Source: Planctomycetota bacterium
GTDB taxonomy: Bacteria > Planctomycetota > UBA8108 > SXIK01
Direction: 5' to 3'
DNA length: 64,000 nucleotides
Assembly: GCA_965223265.1 (NCBI GenBank)
Contig: OZ244999.1
Location: 864,001 to 928,000 of the forward strand
Position numbers and translations under genes: made by a program. The notes beneath the pieces were generated by a model. That model did not search any database and was not told the DNA's origin. It saw only the letters and a list, made by a program, of their open reading frames with translations. Shown here one piece after another: positions 8,865 through 21,032 of the stretch. The first letter of the stretch is position 1, and the number at the start of each line of letters is the position of its first letter.

Positions 8865-11800
8865 TCAGCGGGCGCTGCGTCGACTCCACCAGCTCCGAGC
8901 AGCCCCGACAGCCTTCTTGATGGCTGCTTGTCGTTCTTCGGCGTTGTTGATCCCCAGTGCCGTGAGGCCGCCGAAATCATCGCCTGCCTCATTGCGGATC
9001 GAGCGAAAGATCGCTCCGATAACCTCGACGTTGCGATAGTCGATCGTCGGTAGCTCGATGAGGAACCGTTCGAGAATGCGTTCTTTGAGTAGCGGCTGGA
9101 TGGGTGTCTCGCTCAGGAGGTAAGACTCAAGCGCCCGGAACATGCCGTTGTGGGTGGGGCGACCACGGCTGCTTAGCTCAGGCAGCGCTTCGAGGATGGC
9201 GGTCGCGCCGCTCTCCTCGCCGATCTCCGCCAAGAATCGAGCCACGCGCAGACGGTCATCGCTCGAGCCGGTAGGGCGCTGCCCAAGCCAAGCACGGTAG
9301 AAACTCACCCCTGTGTCATTGCCGCGAAGGAAGAGCAAGTGGGCTAGCTCAGTCGAGGGTTGACGCTGAAAGAGCGCTGCGACTGCCTGAGTGTCGTCAG
9401 GCAAAAGGATCGTTCGCAGGAGGTGTGGTAATCGAGCGATCATGAGTGGATTCGCGCCGCCCTCGTGACGAAGTATGTGACGATGCGTGACCCAGGCCCA
9501 GAGTGCTTCGGCGTCAGACGGTGCTTCGTCGCCATCGAGATCTTCCGCTCGAGGCAACAGAAGAAGGAGCGTCTTGGTCTGGGAGCCGAAAGGCACTTGC
9601 AGGGTGAAGGCACCGAAAAAGTGAGGCGAAGTTTCTTCGATCTCGGCGCGTATTCTGCGGTCGAACACGCCTTTCAACTCGGCGACGCCAGTAAGGATTT
9701 GCGGCGATCGTGGGTGCAGGCGATACCGCGTCATTGGCACGCGAGCGTTTTCGTCGGCTGACTTCACTCGTGTTGAAGAGATCTGTGGAACCAGCCGGCG
9801 TCGAATTGGGTTTTTCCAACGATCGGAGCTGCTATGCTCTTCGCCGACGCGGAGGACGATCCTCCGGCCATCGAGGATCCTCGGGGAAACCGGTGCCGGA
9901 GTCGACCCTCGGGAGGCGGCCGGCAGGCGAAGATCGAACTCGTAGAGAACGAACACGTCTTCACCAGCGCTCTCTTGGTCGCCAGGGGCGTCGTTTGACG
10001 TGGTCGCGATCGTCTGTTGATCTTGAGCTCGATCGAGCCACTCCTCCCACTGTTTCCAGTCCACGCCTTCTGGGCCGAGACGTTTCGGGGTTTTGGGCAC
10101 ACGGGTTAAGAATCGTAGATGTGCAGTGAGTTGACTCAGGTAGCTGCGGCGCGTCTTTGACTCATGATCGTTCTCTGAGGAGGACTCGAACGAGCGTCCT
10201 AAGTCGATCAGCGTTCGCACCAAAGTCGGCAGTCCGTTCGAAGGGGCTCGCACGGCGAGCAGAATGCGAAACAGAGCGCCCGCGTTGGAAGGCGAATACG
10301 TTTGCCGTACAACTTCGTCCAGGAGCTTCAATTCCTCTATTGTCGCCGTTCGCGCGCGGAATGACGCTTCAAGTTTGCGGACGAGATCCTGATCGCGAGG
10401 TTCTCGCAATCGCGGCGGCAAGAGTTGCAGCAATGTCGCGCGTTCCTCGTCGCGCGCTCCGGGAAGACGCGCCGCGATGCGGCGCCACGCATCGAAGAAG
10501 ACGTCGATCGCGATGCGACTTCCGTTTACCCGATCGCCGGCGAGCGCTTGGAGCTCGTTTAACGCCCGATATGCGATCTGGCGATCGGCATCGTCGTTGC
10601 GATCGATCAACGCGGCGGCGCGGGCGAGTAGATACTCCGTTTCTTTGCTCCGCCAATCAAGTCGCACTAACACCTTACGTTCGAGAGCCGCTTCCAACGT
10701 CGCCCTCGCTGACTCTGGCGCGATTCCCGGTGCCGACAGACCATCGGCCAGGCTGGCCGTCAAAGAATGAATCTCCTGCGGCGGCGCAGTCGCGATGAGA
10801 CGGATGATTTCCAACAACGCACGGGCGTCTCCCGCACTCGCAAGAAACTCGAGGGCTCGCCGCCGTGCGTCGCTTGAGAGTTCGATCGACCCTGTTGTCC
10901 GCTGCGAGCTCGGAAGCGCCTCGTCACCCCAGAAGGCGTCTCGCAAGCGCTGTACATCGCGCGTCGCGAGTGCTTGGAGTAACTCGGATGCGTCCTTGAG
11001 ATCGTCGACGCCGCCGTCGAGCAGTTCTGTACCGACGTGGGTGACGACGTCGACAGCTGCGGTCCTCTCAAGTTCTCCGTCACTGCGCAGCTGAGCGCTG
11101 AGCCGATGACGAAGGTTTTCCGTTGCGTGAGAGGGGCCGCTCTGCTCGCTCAGCTGGGAGCGACGTGCGAGTCTGACACCGATGACGGTGACGTACGTCC
11201 TACGACGTCGTGCCAGAGAGATTCCCAGACCGTCGTAGCGGCACTCCTCGGATCGATTTAAGAGCGCCACGAAGTTCTGTCGGGCTTCCCACGGAATCGT
11301 CAGCGGCGGAAAGTCGCCGCGGCTTTCCCGGGTCACATCGAGGACGATTTCTGAGTGTGTTTCATGGAACGAAAAAGTAGCGGAGTAGCGAAGCTCCACA
11401 TGCGGAACCGCAGAGCCCGACACCGGTGACAGCCGAACCGTCAGGCGTTGAGATCGACTTGCCGGTGCGACGGCCACCGCAGACGCCACGATTTCCGGGC
11501 GGTCGTCGACCCGCACGCGGAAGATCGCGATTTCGCCCAGCAAAGGATCGACGGCGTCGAGCAGTCTTCGGGCACGATAAGCCTGCTCTATATTCGGTGC
11601 TTCGAGAAGAGGCTCGAGAAACGGCCCGACCATCTGCCCCCACGACTGAAGCTGCTGCATGGCGCGCTCGCGTTCCTGCCAGCGCACGCTGCCGAGCTGT
11701 TTGACGAGGTCAGACACTTCGTCATCGGTCGGCCCCGGGGCCGGATTCCTCGGCGGCGCGGTCGTTTCTTTGCCGTCGGCATGCGGATGCGCCAGAACGG

Positions 11801-11891
11801 TACACAGGAGCACGCCGAGCGATAGAAGCCGTAGGCTCGCACACGATCGTCTCATTCTCGAAGAATACCGGATTCTGAGAGAGTGTGCCAA
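8865..11891 (-). CDS. Large secreted helical (HEAT-like) hypothetical protein
   Basis: 1008-aa ORF, signal peptide, N-terminal LVKQLGSVRWQERERAMQQL HEAT-like unit. Confidence 0.65.
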   Translation of the reverse strand: MAHSLRIRYSSRMRRSCASLRLLSLGVLLCTVLAHPHADGKETTAPPRNPAPGPTDDEVSDLVKQLGSVRWQERERAMQQLQSWGQMVGPFLEPLLEAPNIEQAYRARRLLDAVDPLLGEIAIFRVRVDDRPEIVASAVAVAPASRSQRLTVRLSPVSGSAVPHVELRYSATFSFHETHSEIVLDVTRESRGDFPPLTIPWEARQNFVALLNRSEECRYDGLGISLARRRRTYVTVIGVRLARRSQLSEQSGPSHATENLRHRLSAQLRSDGELERTAAVDVVTHVGTELLDGGVDDLKDASELLQALATRDVQRLRDAFWGDEALPSSQRTTGSIELSSDARRRALEFLASAGDARALLEIIRLIATAPPQEIHSLTASLADGLSAPGIAPESARATLEAALERKVLVRLDWRSKETEYLLARAAALIDRNDDADRQIAYRALNELQALAGDRVNGSRIAIDVFFDAWRRIAARLPGARDEERATLLQLLPPRLREPRDQDLVRKLEASFRARTATIEELKLLDEVVRQTYSPSNAGALFRILLAVRAPSNGLPTLVRTLIDLGRSFESSSENDHESKTRRSYLSQLTAHLRFLTRVPKTPKRLGPEGVDWKQWEEWLDRAQDQQTIATTSNDAPGDQESAGEDVFVLYEFDLRLPAASRGSTPAPVSPRILDGRRIVLRVGEEHSSSDRWKNPIRRRLVPQISSTRVKSADENARVPMTRYRLHPRSPQILTGVAELKGVFDRRIRAEIEETSPHFFGAFTLQVPFGSQTKTLLLLLPRAEDLDGDEAPSDAEALWAWVTHRHILRHEGGANPLMIARLPHLLRTILLPDDTQAVAALFQRQPSTELAHLLFLRGNDTGVSFYRAWLGQRPTGSSDDRLRVARFLAEIGEESGATAILEALPELSSRGRPTHNGMFRALESYLLSETPIQPLLKERILERFLIELPTIDYRNVEVIGAIFRSIRNEAGDDFGGLTALGINNAEERQAAIKKAVGAARSWWSRRSAR

Positions 11892-12032
11892 GCTCTCCCG
11901 GCGCGGCCAACGATCTACCTTCTGGAATCGTTCCGCTCGTCCGGGTGAGGTCGCCCACGATCGACGTGTGACGTTCGACGCTGATATATTCTCGCGCCGG
12001 TGATTCCCCGTGACTCTTGACGAGACTGACGT

Positions 12033-12809
12033 TCATTCGGAGCGCAGATTGCTCCTGTCCTCCAGCCATCGCCAGCAGAATCGTACCCGGACGCCCGGGA
12101 CGAAGTCGATCACGCGCACGACGAGGACGCGCCCAGGTTCAACGCGCGTCGGGTGCGCCATGCGGAGAGCGTAGGTATGGCCAACTTGGATCTTTGTCAC
12201 CAGCTGCGTTCCATCGGGGCGCGAGAAGAAGGACCGCTCGTCGATGCGCGCGAAGTCGTTGAACTCGTCGTCGTAGGGAAACACCCGCTGTTCGAACCTG
12301 CGCCGATTCAGTCGTAGGCCGTAGAACATCGAGAATTCGTCGTCGGGGGTTTTCTCGCGTCCGAGATCGACAATACGTCCACTGCGATGGTAATCCTGCA
12401 CGAGCGCGAGGCGTTCGCCGTCGAAGTGGATATCGCCGACGTAGTCTCGAAGTTCAGCGTCGATTTGGAAGCTATGACCGAAATCCCGTCGGTCGAAGTC
12501 GTAGAGGTTCAGGGTGTGGTCAAGAGCATAGAGCTCTGCTACCCATTTTTCTGGACCGTGCTTGACGGTCTCATCCTCCTCGATGCCGTGAGCGCCGCCA
12601 ACGAAGAGCGCTATCGCAACCGCAGACGCGAACGCGACGAATAGCACCGATATTGCGGAAATTCGGTCCCGCTGGTGAGTCTCAACTGCGGCGACGTGCA
12701 CTTCGCTCAACGACGCTCCGCGCGATCCATTACCGACGTGGCCTATGTCGCCATTGCCTGACACCTTTCTCAGAACTCGAGGTCTCGACTTCGAGAGACG
12801 CAGCAACAT
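12033..12809 (-). CDS. Hypothetical protein with one TM segment
   Basis: GGAGGA Shine-Dalgarno (SD) before ATG 12809; hydrophobic segment followed by a beta-rich domain. Confidence 0.6.
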   Translation of the reverse strand: MLLRLSKSRPRVLRKVSGNGDIGHVGNGSRGASLSEVHVAAVETHQRDRISAISVLFVAFASAVAIALFVGGAHGIEEDETVKHGPEKWVAELYALDHTLNLYDFDRRDFGHSFQIDAELRDYVGDIHFDGERLALVQDYHRSGRIVDLGREKTPDDEFSMFYGLRLNRRRFEQRVFPYDDEFNDFARIDERSFFSRPDGTQLVTKIQVGHTYALRMAHPTRVEPGRVLVVRVIDFVPGVRVRFCWRWLEDRSNLRSE

Positions 12810-13370
12810 GATTCCTCCACGAGTTTCATGCGGTGATTGACCGCAAGCGCTTCTCCAGACCATTTACGTCCACAAGCATCCGGCTGATTCCATTCGGGAT
12901 GCGAGACCCACGGCGCAAATCTGCGACGCTTCTTGGTCTTGGGACGTTGGTCCAGACGTTCCTATTCACTTTGTGTCGCTCGCGGCCTCGAGAGTCCGAG
13001 AATCCTTCGGTCGGCGTGGTTCGTGTCGACGGAGAACCTTCGACCTCAACCGAGACATTATCACGAGTTTTCCACGGAGAGCGCAGCTCCCCCAGCCGGA
13101 TGTTCGATCAAGGAGTGTGTCCAAGAAGTCGATACACCGTTTGGCAGCGTGTCGAATCAAGCTGTCAGCTACCTGACAGAAAGTGTGGTTGGAGTTCGAA
13201 GCGCTCTTGCTTCGTGGACGTACTTCTGAAGTGCGCGACCTTGGCGTGTGCGAGCGACTCTCACGTTTGAGCTGTCTGGTTGTCGAGCCTGTGATGCAAC
13301 TGGGCGGCGTAGCTTTCAGTCGACGACTCTGTCCGATTGACGCCGCCGAACTCGCTTCGTATGAGTTGAT

Positions 13371-15023
13371 ATGGAAGAGACGAAAGAGTTGGAATTCGAG
13401 ATCCTGCACGACGGCCCCAGCCACCGTCGCGTCGAGGGCTCGTGGCTGACCAAGCTAGATGTCGTTGCGGAGAAGCTACTGCATCTGAGGTCCGACTCGG
13501 GTGCTGTTGCCCAGGCCATCCTCGAGACGGCACTTGAATTGGTCGACTACGACCGCGGGGTGATTCTCTCTGTTGCGCGCGCCGATGCAGACACTTTGAC
13601 ACCTGACTCTCTGCAAATTTTCTCGTCGAGAGCTCGTAGCCAGGACGATTCGACCGTTTCGTGGGGCGACGTTCGCAACCCAGAATTCGTCGTCAATCGT
13701 TCGGTGGTCAGCCGCGCTCTCGTCGCAGACAAGCCAGTGATGGTCAAGAGCGCTCTGCAGCATCCGGAGCCCGACTCGGAATCTCAGCTGCGCGACGTGC
13801 TCTGCGCGCCGTTCGAGCTCACTGCTGACGCACGGGTTGTTCTCTATCTCGATCGCACTGCGGATCTCACCCGTCCTGAGACCAACGTCGACGCTTTCAA
13901 GACATGCGGTGGCCGTCTGCTGCCACTTCTTTCTCGCGCTTTCCTCCTTCAACAACTCTCGGAGTCTGACGACTCGCGCTCGGCAGACGAGCCTGCACCG
14001 CTCGCTGGTGGTGAAGAGACGCCATCGTTTCACGGCATCATTGGTGCCGACGAGGCGTTGCAGAAGTTGTATCGCGTGATTGACAAGGTCAAGGACAACG
14101 ACCTAAACATCTGCATCATCGGTGAGAGTGGAACCGGTAAGGAACTGTTGGCGCGCGCAGTGCATGAAGCCGGGTCGCGGCGCGCGAACCGCTTTGTCGC
14201 CGAGAACTGCGGCGCGATCTCCGAGACACTGCTGGAAAGCGAGCTTTTTGGGCACGTCAAGGGCGCGTTCACAGGTGCCGAAGAGGATCGAGAAGGACTC
14301 TTCGAAGTCGCGGACGGCGGAACGCTGTTCCTGGACGAGATTAGCGACACGTCGGAGAGTATGCAGCGCAAGCTACTCCGAGTGCTGCAGGAAGGCGTGA
14401 TTCGTCGCATCGGTAGCAAAGATATCATCAAGGTCGACGTCCGCGTCATCTGTGCATCGAACCGCGATCTTAAGGGACTCGTCGACAAAGGAAACTTTCG
14501 CGCGGATCTCTACTATCGACTCAATGTGATCACCCTGGAAATGCCTCCTCTGAGAAAACGTCAAGGAGACATTCCGCTTCTCGTCGAACACTTTGTGCGC
14601 CAGGTTTGCAGCGAGGAAAAGTTCTCGAAACGATTCAGCGACAGCGCCATGAAGGCTCTGGTCGAGTACGGTTGGCCGGGCAATATCCGAGAACTTCGCA
14701 ACGTCGTCCGTCGCGTGCTCTTGACCTCCCCGAGGCGCGTGGTCGCGCGGAAGGACGTGGCAGAGTTTCTCAAGTCGGGCGGTCCCGTCGCGCACTCCGG
14801 GGAGCATATCCGTCGTGAGGACGACCAAATGACGATTCGCATTCCGGCGCGGGACTCGTTCAACGAGATCATCGACGAGTGTGAGAGGGTCGTGCTCGAG
14901 CATGCGCTGAACGAATGCTCCTGGAACAAGTCCCGCGTCACAAAGGTTCTCAAGATTCCGCGCCAGAGTCTCTACAACAAGATCGCCAAATTCGACTTGC
15001 AGCGCACTTGGGATGAGAGCTGA
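13371..15023 (+). CDS. Sigma-54-dependent enhancer-binding protein (GAF-like + AAA+ + Fis HTH)
   Basis: GESGTGKEL, ESELFGHVKGAFTGA, LFLDEI, FRADLYYRLNV, WPGNIRELRN, C-terminal HTH. Confidence 0.95.
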   Translation: MEETKELEFEILHDGPSHRRVEGSWLTKLDVVAEKLLHLRSDSGAVAQAILETALELVDYDRGVILSVARADADTLTPDSLQIFSSRARSQDDSTVSWGDVRNPEFVVNRSVVSRALVADKPVMVKSALQHPEPDSESQLRDVLCAPFELTADARVVLYLDRTADLTRPETNVDAFKTCGGRLLPLLSRAFLLQQLSESDDSRSADEPAPLAGGEETPSFHGIIGADEALQKLYRVIDKVKDNDLNICIIGESGTGKELLARAVHEAGSRRANRFVAENCGAISETLLESELFGHVKGAFTGAEEDREGLFEVADGGTLFLDEISDTSESMQRKLLRVLQEGVIRRIGSKDIIKVDVRVICASNRDLKGLVDKGNFRADLYYRLNVITLEMPPLRKRQGDIPLLVEHFVRQVCSEEKFSKRFSDSAMKALVEYGWPGNIRELRNVVRRVLLTSPRRVVARKDVAEFLKSGGPVAHSGEHIRREDDQMTIRIPARDSFNEIIDECERVVLEHALNECSWNKSRVTKVLKIPRQSLYNKIAKFDLQRTWDES

Positions 15024-15178
15024 GCCGTCAATGGCGTGCGGCGGGAATTGAGCGCAGCTCTCCGCGGTGTCCGAACTCAGTGCGGCACTTGCCGCGGCCG
15101 AGGCGCTGAGCGCCGGCCCCCGCCATAGCTGCCGTCGAGCGCGCCCGGTCGTCTCCATGGCGTAGTGCCGCAGGCGTT

Positions 15179-15233
15179 CTGTCAAATTGACAGCCCCCGG
15201 CGTGCGCGACGCTGCTGCGTGTCAGTTTGGCAG
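15179..15233. promoter_or_regulatory. Pair of palindromic enhancer-like (upstream activating sequence) sites, TGTCA-N3-TG(A/G)CA
   Basis: CTGTCAAATTGACAG at 15179-15193 and TGTCAGTTTGGCAG at 15220-15233, 40 bp apart, ~80-120 bp upstream of a -24/-12 box. Confidence 0.65.
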
Positions 15234-15300
15234 GAGGTAGGATTGGGCGGATTCACGGTAAATCCCGCGTACTTCTCCACCTCCCGCGCCGGATAGGTAA

Positions 15301-15317
15301 TTGGCACACGCTTTGCT
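15301..15317 (+). promoter_or_regulatory. Sigma-54 (-24/-12) promoter
   Basis: TTGGCACACGCTTTGCT matches TGGCAC-N5-TTGCW exactly. Confidence 0.8.
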
Positions 15318-15546
15318 CGAAGTGTCGCGTCGCCCACCAGGGGGATGCTCTTGCCGGGGAGAAGGCGACCGCGCTCGACACGGGTGCGGCCGATCCCAGC
15401 GCGACTCCCCCCGAGGCGGCGGTGACGGTTCCAGCTCGAGGATCGGGCCTTCTCGAGGCGTCTCTGACGTCATAAAGGATCTCTCTCGGAGACTCCCGTG
15501 GCTGCTGCAGCCTCGGGGTACCACGTAGCTACTCTTGCGGACGACC

Positions 15547-15963
15547 ATGCTCGACCCGATCAACGCCGGCACGGCGCTGCGGATTCTTCTCGTCGACGAC
15601 GACCACGGCAGCCTCGAAAGCCTCCAGAGCTTTCTGACGGTGGAAGGTCACGTGACGTTCGCGGCGGCGGGGGGAGCGGAGGCGCTCGATATCGTTCGCG
15701 AGCTGAAGCGGACGGAGCGCCGCTTGGATCTATCAATTCTTGACTACAACATGCCTGACGAAACTGGCGTCGATCTCTTCCGCAAACTGAGTTGCGAGCT
15801 GCCGGGGCTTGAAGCGATCTTCGTGACCGGTCAGATGGGGGTCGCCTTGGAGCGGACGGTTCACGCCGTTGGCGCCAGAGCACTGGTCCCCAAGCCGGTG
15901 GATGTCGGGCGCATGCGGAATGTGCTGCACGAGTTCGGGCGCGAACGGAGGAGGAGAATCTAG
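15547..15963 (+). CDS. Single-domain response regulator (receiver)
   Basis: ILLVDDD, ILDYNMP, FVTG, VPKPVD receiver motifs. Confidence 0.9.
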   Translation: MLDPINAGTALRILLVDDDHGSLESLQSFLTVEGHVTFAAAGGAEALDIVRELKRTERRLDLSILDYNMPDETGVDLFRKLSCELPGLEAIFVTGQMGVALERTVHAVGARALVPKPVDVGRMRNVLHEFGRERRRRI

Positions 15964-16094
15964 GGAGAACGATTCAGCTGGGGCGCGGTTGTGCGGCGCC
16001 CGAGAAAAAAGGGTTGCGATCAAGTTGGTAATGAGTAGCCTCGAGCAATTCTTGTGGCTGAGGCGTCCAAAATTTCATAGGAGTCGAACGAATC

Positions 16095-18088
<1,994 letters not shown>

Positions 18089-18130
18089 TAACGCCCCTGC
18101 TCCGAATTGTGCGCAGACGAGTTATCCTTC

Positions 18131-18170
18131 AACGGGCAGTCCATCAGACTCGATGGACTGCCCGTTTTTT
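18131..18170 (+). terminator. Intrinsic terminator after groEL
   Basis: 15-bp perfect stem AACGGGCAGTCCATC/GATGGACTGCCCGTT ending in a T-run. Confidence 0.9.
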
Positions 18171-18254
18171 GTACCCGCATGCCGCTGGGTGGGCTGCAAA
18201 ACAGTCGCGAAAGAGCGGAGGGCGACCGGCTCCATGAGGCCAGAAGTGTGAGAA

Positions 18255-18782
18255 ATGCGGGTTAAGGCACGCATAAGCAGTGGTGCTCGCTGGCCGACCT
18301 CGAGGTTTGGGCGGCTTGGCGCCCTGTTCGTCTCCGTACTATGTTGCGCCTTGACGTGGGGCTGCTCGCAGCCTTCACTTCGTACCGAGTACTCGAGCCT
18401 GCAGCAGGTTTGGCAAACAACCGCGGGGCCGTTTCGCCTGAGTCTCCTCGTCAGCATGGAAGTCATCGCCCGCCAATCGGCGGAACCGAAGCTGGCTGCC
18501 GCGCCGAAGACCGTGCTCTTTCGCTTTCGCAACCAGGACGTCGAGACGGCGCACTTCTACTTCGGGCGTCGATTCGTCGTCTGTCGGCGACGTTTGTTTA
18601 CAGAGGACGCCGTCGTCATGGGAGCTGATGACTTTGCAGAACTGATCGCCGCGGAGCGCTTCGAGGTCTATCTGGAAGGCGGTCGACGGTTCCAACCGTC
18701 GCCATCAGGGCAATCCCTCCTGCGCCGCTTCGCCGCGCGCGTCGGGCTTGTGTCAACCGACGAAAGATCTGCAACTCCGTAG
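18255..18782 (+). CDS. Putative lipoprotein, hypothetical
   Basis: Hydrophobic stretch ending in lipobox-like LTWGC. Confidence 0.5.
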   Translation: MRVKARISSGARWPTSRFGRLGALFVSVLCCALTWGCSQPSLRTEYSSLQQVWQTTAGPFRLSLLVSMEVIARQSAEPKLAAAPKTVLFRFRNQDVETAHFYFGRRFVVCRRRLFTEDAVVMGADDFAELIAAERFEVYLEGGRRFQPSPSGQSLLRRFAARVGLVSTDERSATP

Positions 18783-18840
18783 CGCGCGTTGTCGCAAGGG
18801 CGACCTGAAACGAGTCGGGCAGAAGCGAGTCGGGCCGTGA

Positions 18841-20982
18841 TCAAGACTCGACTCCATCGTCGGGGTCTGAACCGGAGAAACGAGGAAACTCGTCGTAGCG
18901 AGGCGTGCGAGATCGGCCTTCTTTCCAGCGGTAGAATTTGGGCGGATGGATGTCACGTCCATTCAAGTAGCACCCGTCCAGTTCCGGTGGCCACAGCTGC
19001 GCTTGACTGTAGAAGTAAAGCGGGATTGCGGGCATGTCGAAGAGAAGAATCTCCTCGGCAAGACGTAAGAGGGTGTTTCGAACGCGGTATGACTCCTGAA
19101 GCTTCGCATCAGGCGCTGCTGCGTCATACGCCGCGATCGCAGTTCGAAGGAGCTCTTCGGGAGCAGGAAGGCCCTGCCCCCGACGTTTTGCCGCTAGCGC
19201 GACGTCGAGCTGAGTTGATTTGACATCGGCGAGGAGTTGTTGCCGTTTGGCGGGATCCGACAGGTACGAGTCGATGCGCGAGGCGTAGGAGTTGACGAGT
19301 CGGTCATAGAACGGGTTCGCATAGCGCGAATCATTGTTCGGATTGCCACTCGTGAACAAGTCCAAGAACGTCGTCGAATCTGGATAGTCACCGATCCAGC
19401 CCGAACGCGCGATATCGAATCGGTTGCCTCGCTTCGTCTCGAGGTAGACGCCCCACTCCTGATTTGTGAGTTCGCAATCGATGCTCAAGTGGCGTCTCCA
19501 ATCGGCCTGGATGAACGCCGCGACGCTCGCGTGGGTCTCGCTCGTGTTGTAGAGGATTTTGAGCTGCGGGATGTCGCCGATTTCCTCCCGTACCTCGCTG
19601 ACCAACTGTTTCGCTCGGGCGACGTTGTGCTGCAGTCGAGTCTCTTCGTCATCCGCTTCGCCGTGGGCGCCAAACAGCGGTCGCGTTGGATAGGACGGAA
19701 CGCCTGGCGGAACGAGGCCGTAGGCCGGAACGTGGTAACCTCGAGTGACGACATCGGCGATCGCTTCGCGGTCGACGCAGAGCGCCAGCGCACGCCGTAG
19801 TTTCCGTCCCGCGTTGCCAGAGAACGCCGGGTGATTCATGTTGAGGTTGTAGTAGTAAATCGCAAAGCGCGGGCCGTGGTTGACGTGCGTGGCGCTCGCG
19901 CTTCCCTTGTGGTCAAGGAGGTCACCTTTAACCGAAGCAGGAAGTTCAGGTGTCCGGTCGATGTCGCCGTTGAGGTACAGGTTGAGAGACGTGGTGTACT
20001 CTTCAACCGCGAGAGCCTCGAGAACGTCGAGTCCACGAGCCTCGAAACTGCCCAACTGCCTCAGCAGTTCTGCGTCACGTTTTAGCGCTGGATCCGGATT
20101 GGCAAGCGACTCGAACTCCGCGAGCCGCTGCCGCGCATAGACTTCGGTCTCCCAGTAGTGGGGATTCTTCCGCAAACGGATAAAGGAGTTGAAGCGCCAC
20201 TGCTCTAGATAGTAAGGCCCATTGGTGACGATGTTCTCCGGTAGCACCCAGCTATGGCCGTGTACGACGACGACATCGCGCGGCACTGGTAGATATGACG
20301 TGAAGCTCGTGAGGATGGTGAAGTAGGGGATGTTACTGTGCAGTCGGACCCTAAGAGTTGAGTCATCGATCGCCTCGACGCCGACTTTTTCTCTCCACAA
20401 TCCTTGCCGGCGCGAGATGAGGGCCTTGTAGTCTTCCGGTAGGAGGTCCGTCGGCTGAGCGACGATGATGTCGGGGTGCTCGGTGGCATAGTTCGCGATC
20501 AGCGACTTCCACTCGTCGGCAACGATTTGTTCGTACTCGCTGTAGCCGTCGATCGCATGAAACAAGAATGCGTACTCCGAGCCCATCTCTGGATGCGCAT
20601 GCGCGCTCCACGTCCAAACGAAGTCGTGAGCGGTCACGCGCAGCGGCTTCCCGTTCGCAGTTGCGACCTCTCCGGCTTTGATCCAGTAGGCGTCGTCTCG
20701 TAGATGAAAAGTGTAGGTCAGGCCGTCGACGTCCCATCTGCGTGCGACCGCTGGTACGGCTTCCAGCGACCTCGGATGGTACTGAGTCAGGCCCTCGAAA
20801 AGCGCGACTGCCAGTTCCGACTCCGGATGCCCGCTCATGCGGATGGGGTCGAGCGTCTGCGGCTCCGTGAGGTTGTTCCAAACGAAGTCTGCACGCGGTC
20901 GTGCGTCGCCTGTGAATGTCAGAAAGAAAACCGCGAGACACCCGAGGCATCCGGCCAGCACGATATATAAGTTGCGGTACAC
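18841..20982 (-). CDS. oppA: Peptide ABC transporter substrate-binding protein (OppA family 5) with insertions
   Basis: EPQTLDP, LFEGL, VTNGPY, RSGWIGDYPD, DMPAIPLYFY. Confidence 0.88.
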   Translation of the reverse strand: MYRNLYIVLAGCLGCLAVFFLTFTGDARPRADFVWNNLTEPQTLDPIRMSGHPESELAVALFEGLTQYHPRSLEAVPAVARRWDVDGLTYTFHLRDDAYWIKAGEVATANGKPLRVTAHDFVWTWSAHAHPEMGSEYAFLFHAIDGYSEYEQIVADEWKSLIANYATEHPDIIVAQPTDLLPEDYKALISRRQGLWREKVGVEAIDDSTLRVRLHSNIPYFTILTSFTSYLPVPRDVVVVHGHSWVLPENIVTNGPYYLEQWRFNSFIRLRKNPHYWETEVYARQRLAEFESLANPDPALKRDAELLRQLGSFEARGLDVLEALAVEEYTTSLNLYLNGDIDRTPELPASVKGDLLDHKGSASATHVNHGPRFAIYYYNLNMNHPAFSGNAGRKLRRALALCVDREAIADVVTRGYHVPAYGLVPPGVPSYPTRPLFGAHGEADDEETRLQHNVARAKQLVSEVREEIGDIPQLKILYNTSETHASVAAFIQADWRRHLSIDCELTNQEWGVYLETKRGNRFDIARSGWIGDYPDSTTFLDLFTSGNPNNDSRYANPFYDRLVNSYASRIDSYLSDPAKRQQLLADVKSTQLDVALAAKRRGQGLPAPEELLRTAIAAYDAAAPDAKLQESYRVRNTLLRLAEEILLFDMPAIPLYFYSQAQLWPPELDGCYLNGRDIHPPKFYRWKEGRSRTPRYDEFPRFSGSDPDDGVES

Positions 20983-21032
20983 GGAAAGGGCCTCCGTCCG
21001 AAGTTTGAGCTGACGTCGTGTGAGATGAGCCT

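Noticed and set aside
15330-15546. CsrB-like GGA-repeat RNA
   Set aside because: About six GGA in 220 nt is close to chance for this base composition, and they are not clearly in hairpin loops
15964-16094. CIRCE element before groES
   Set aside because: No TTAGCACTC-N9-GAGTGCTAA or close variant was seen
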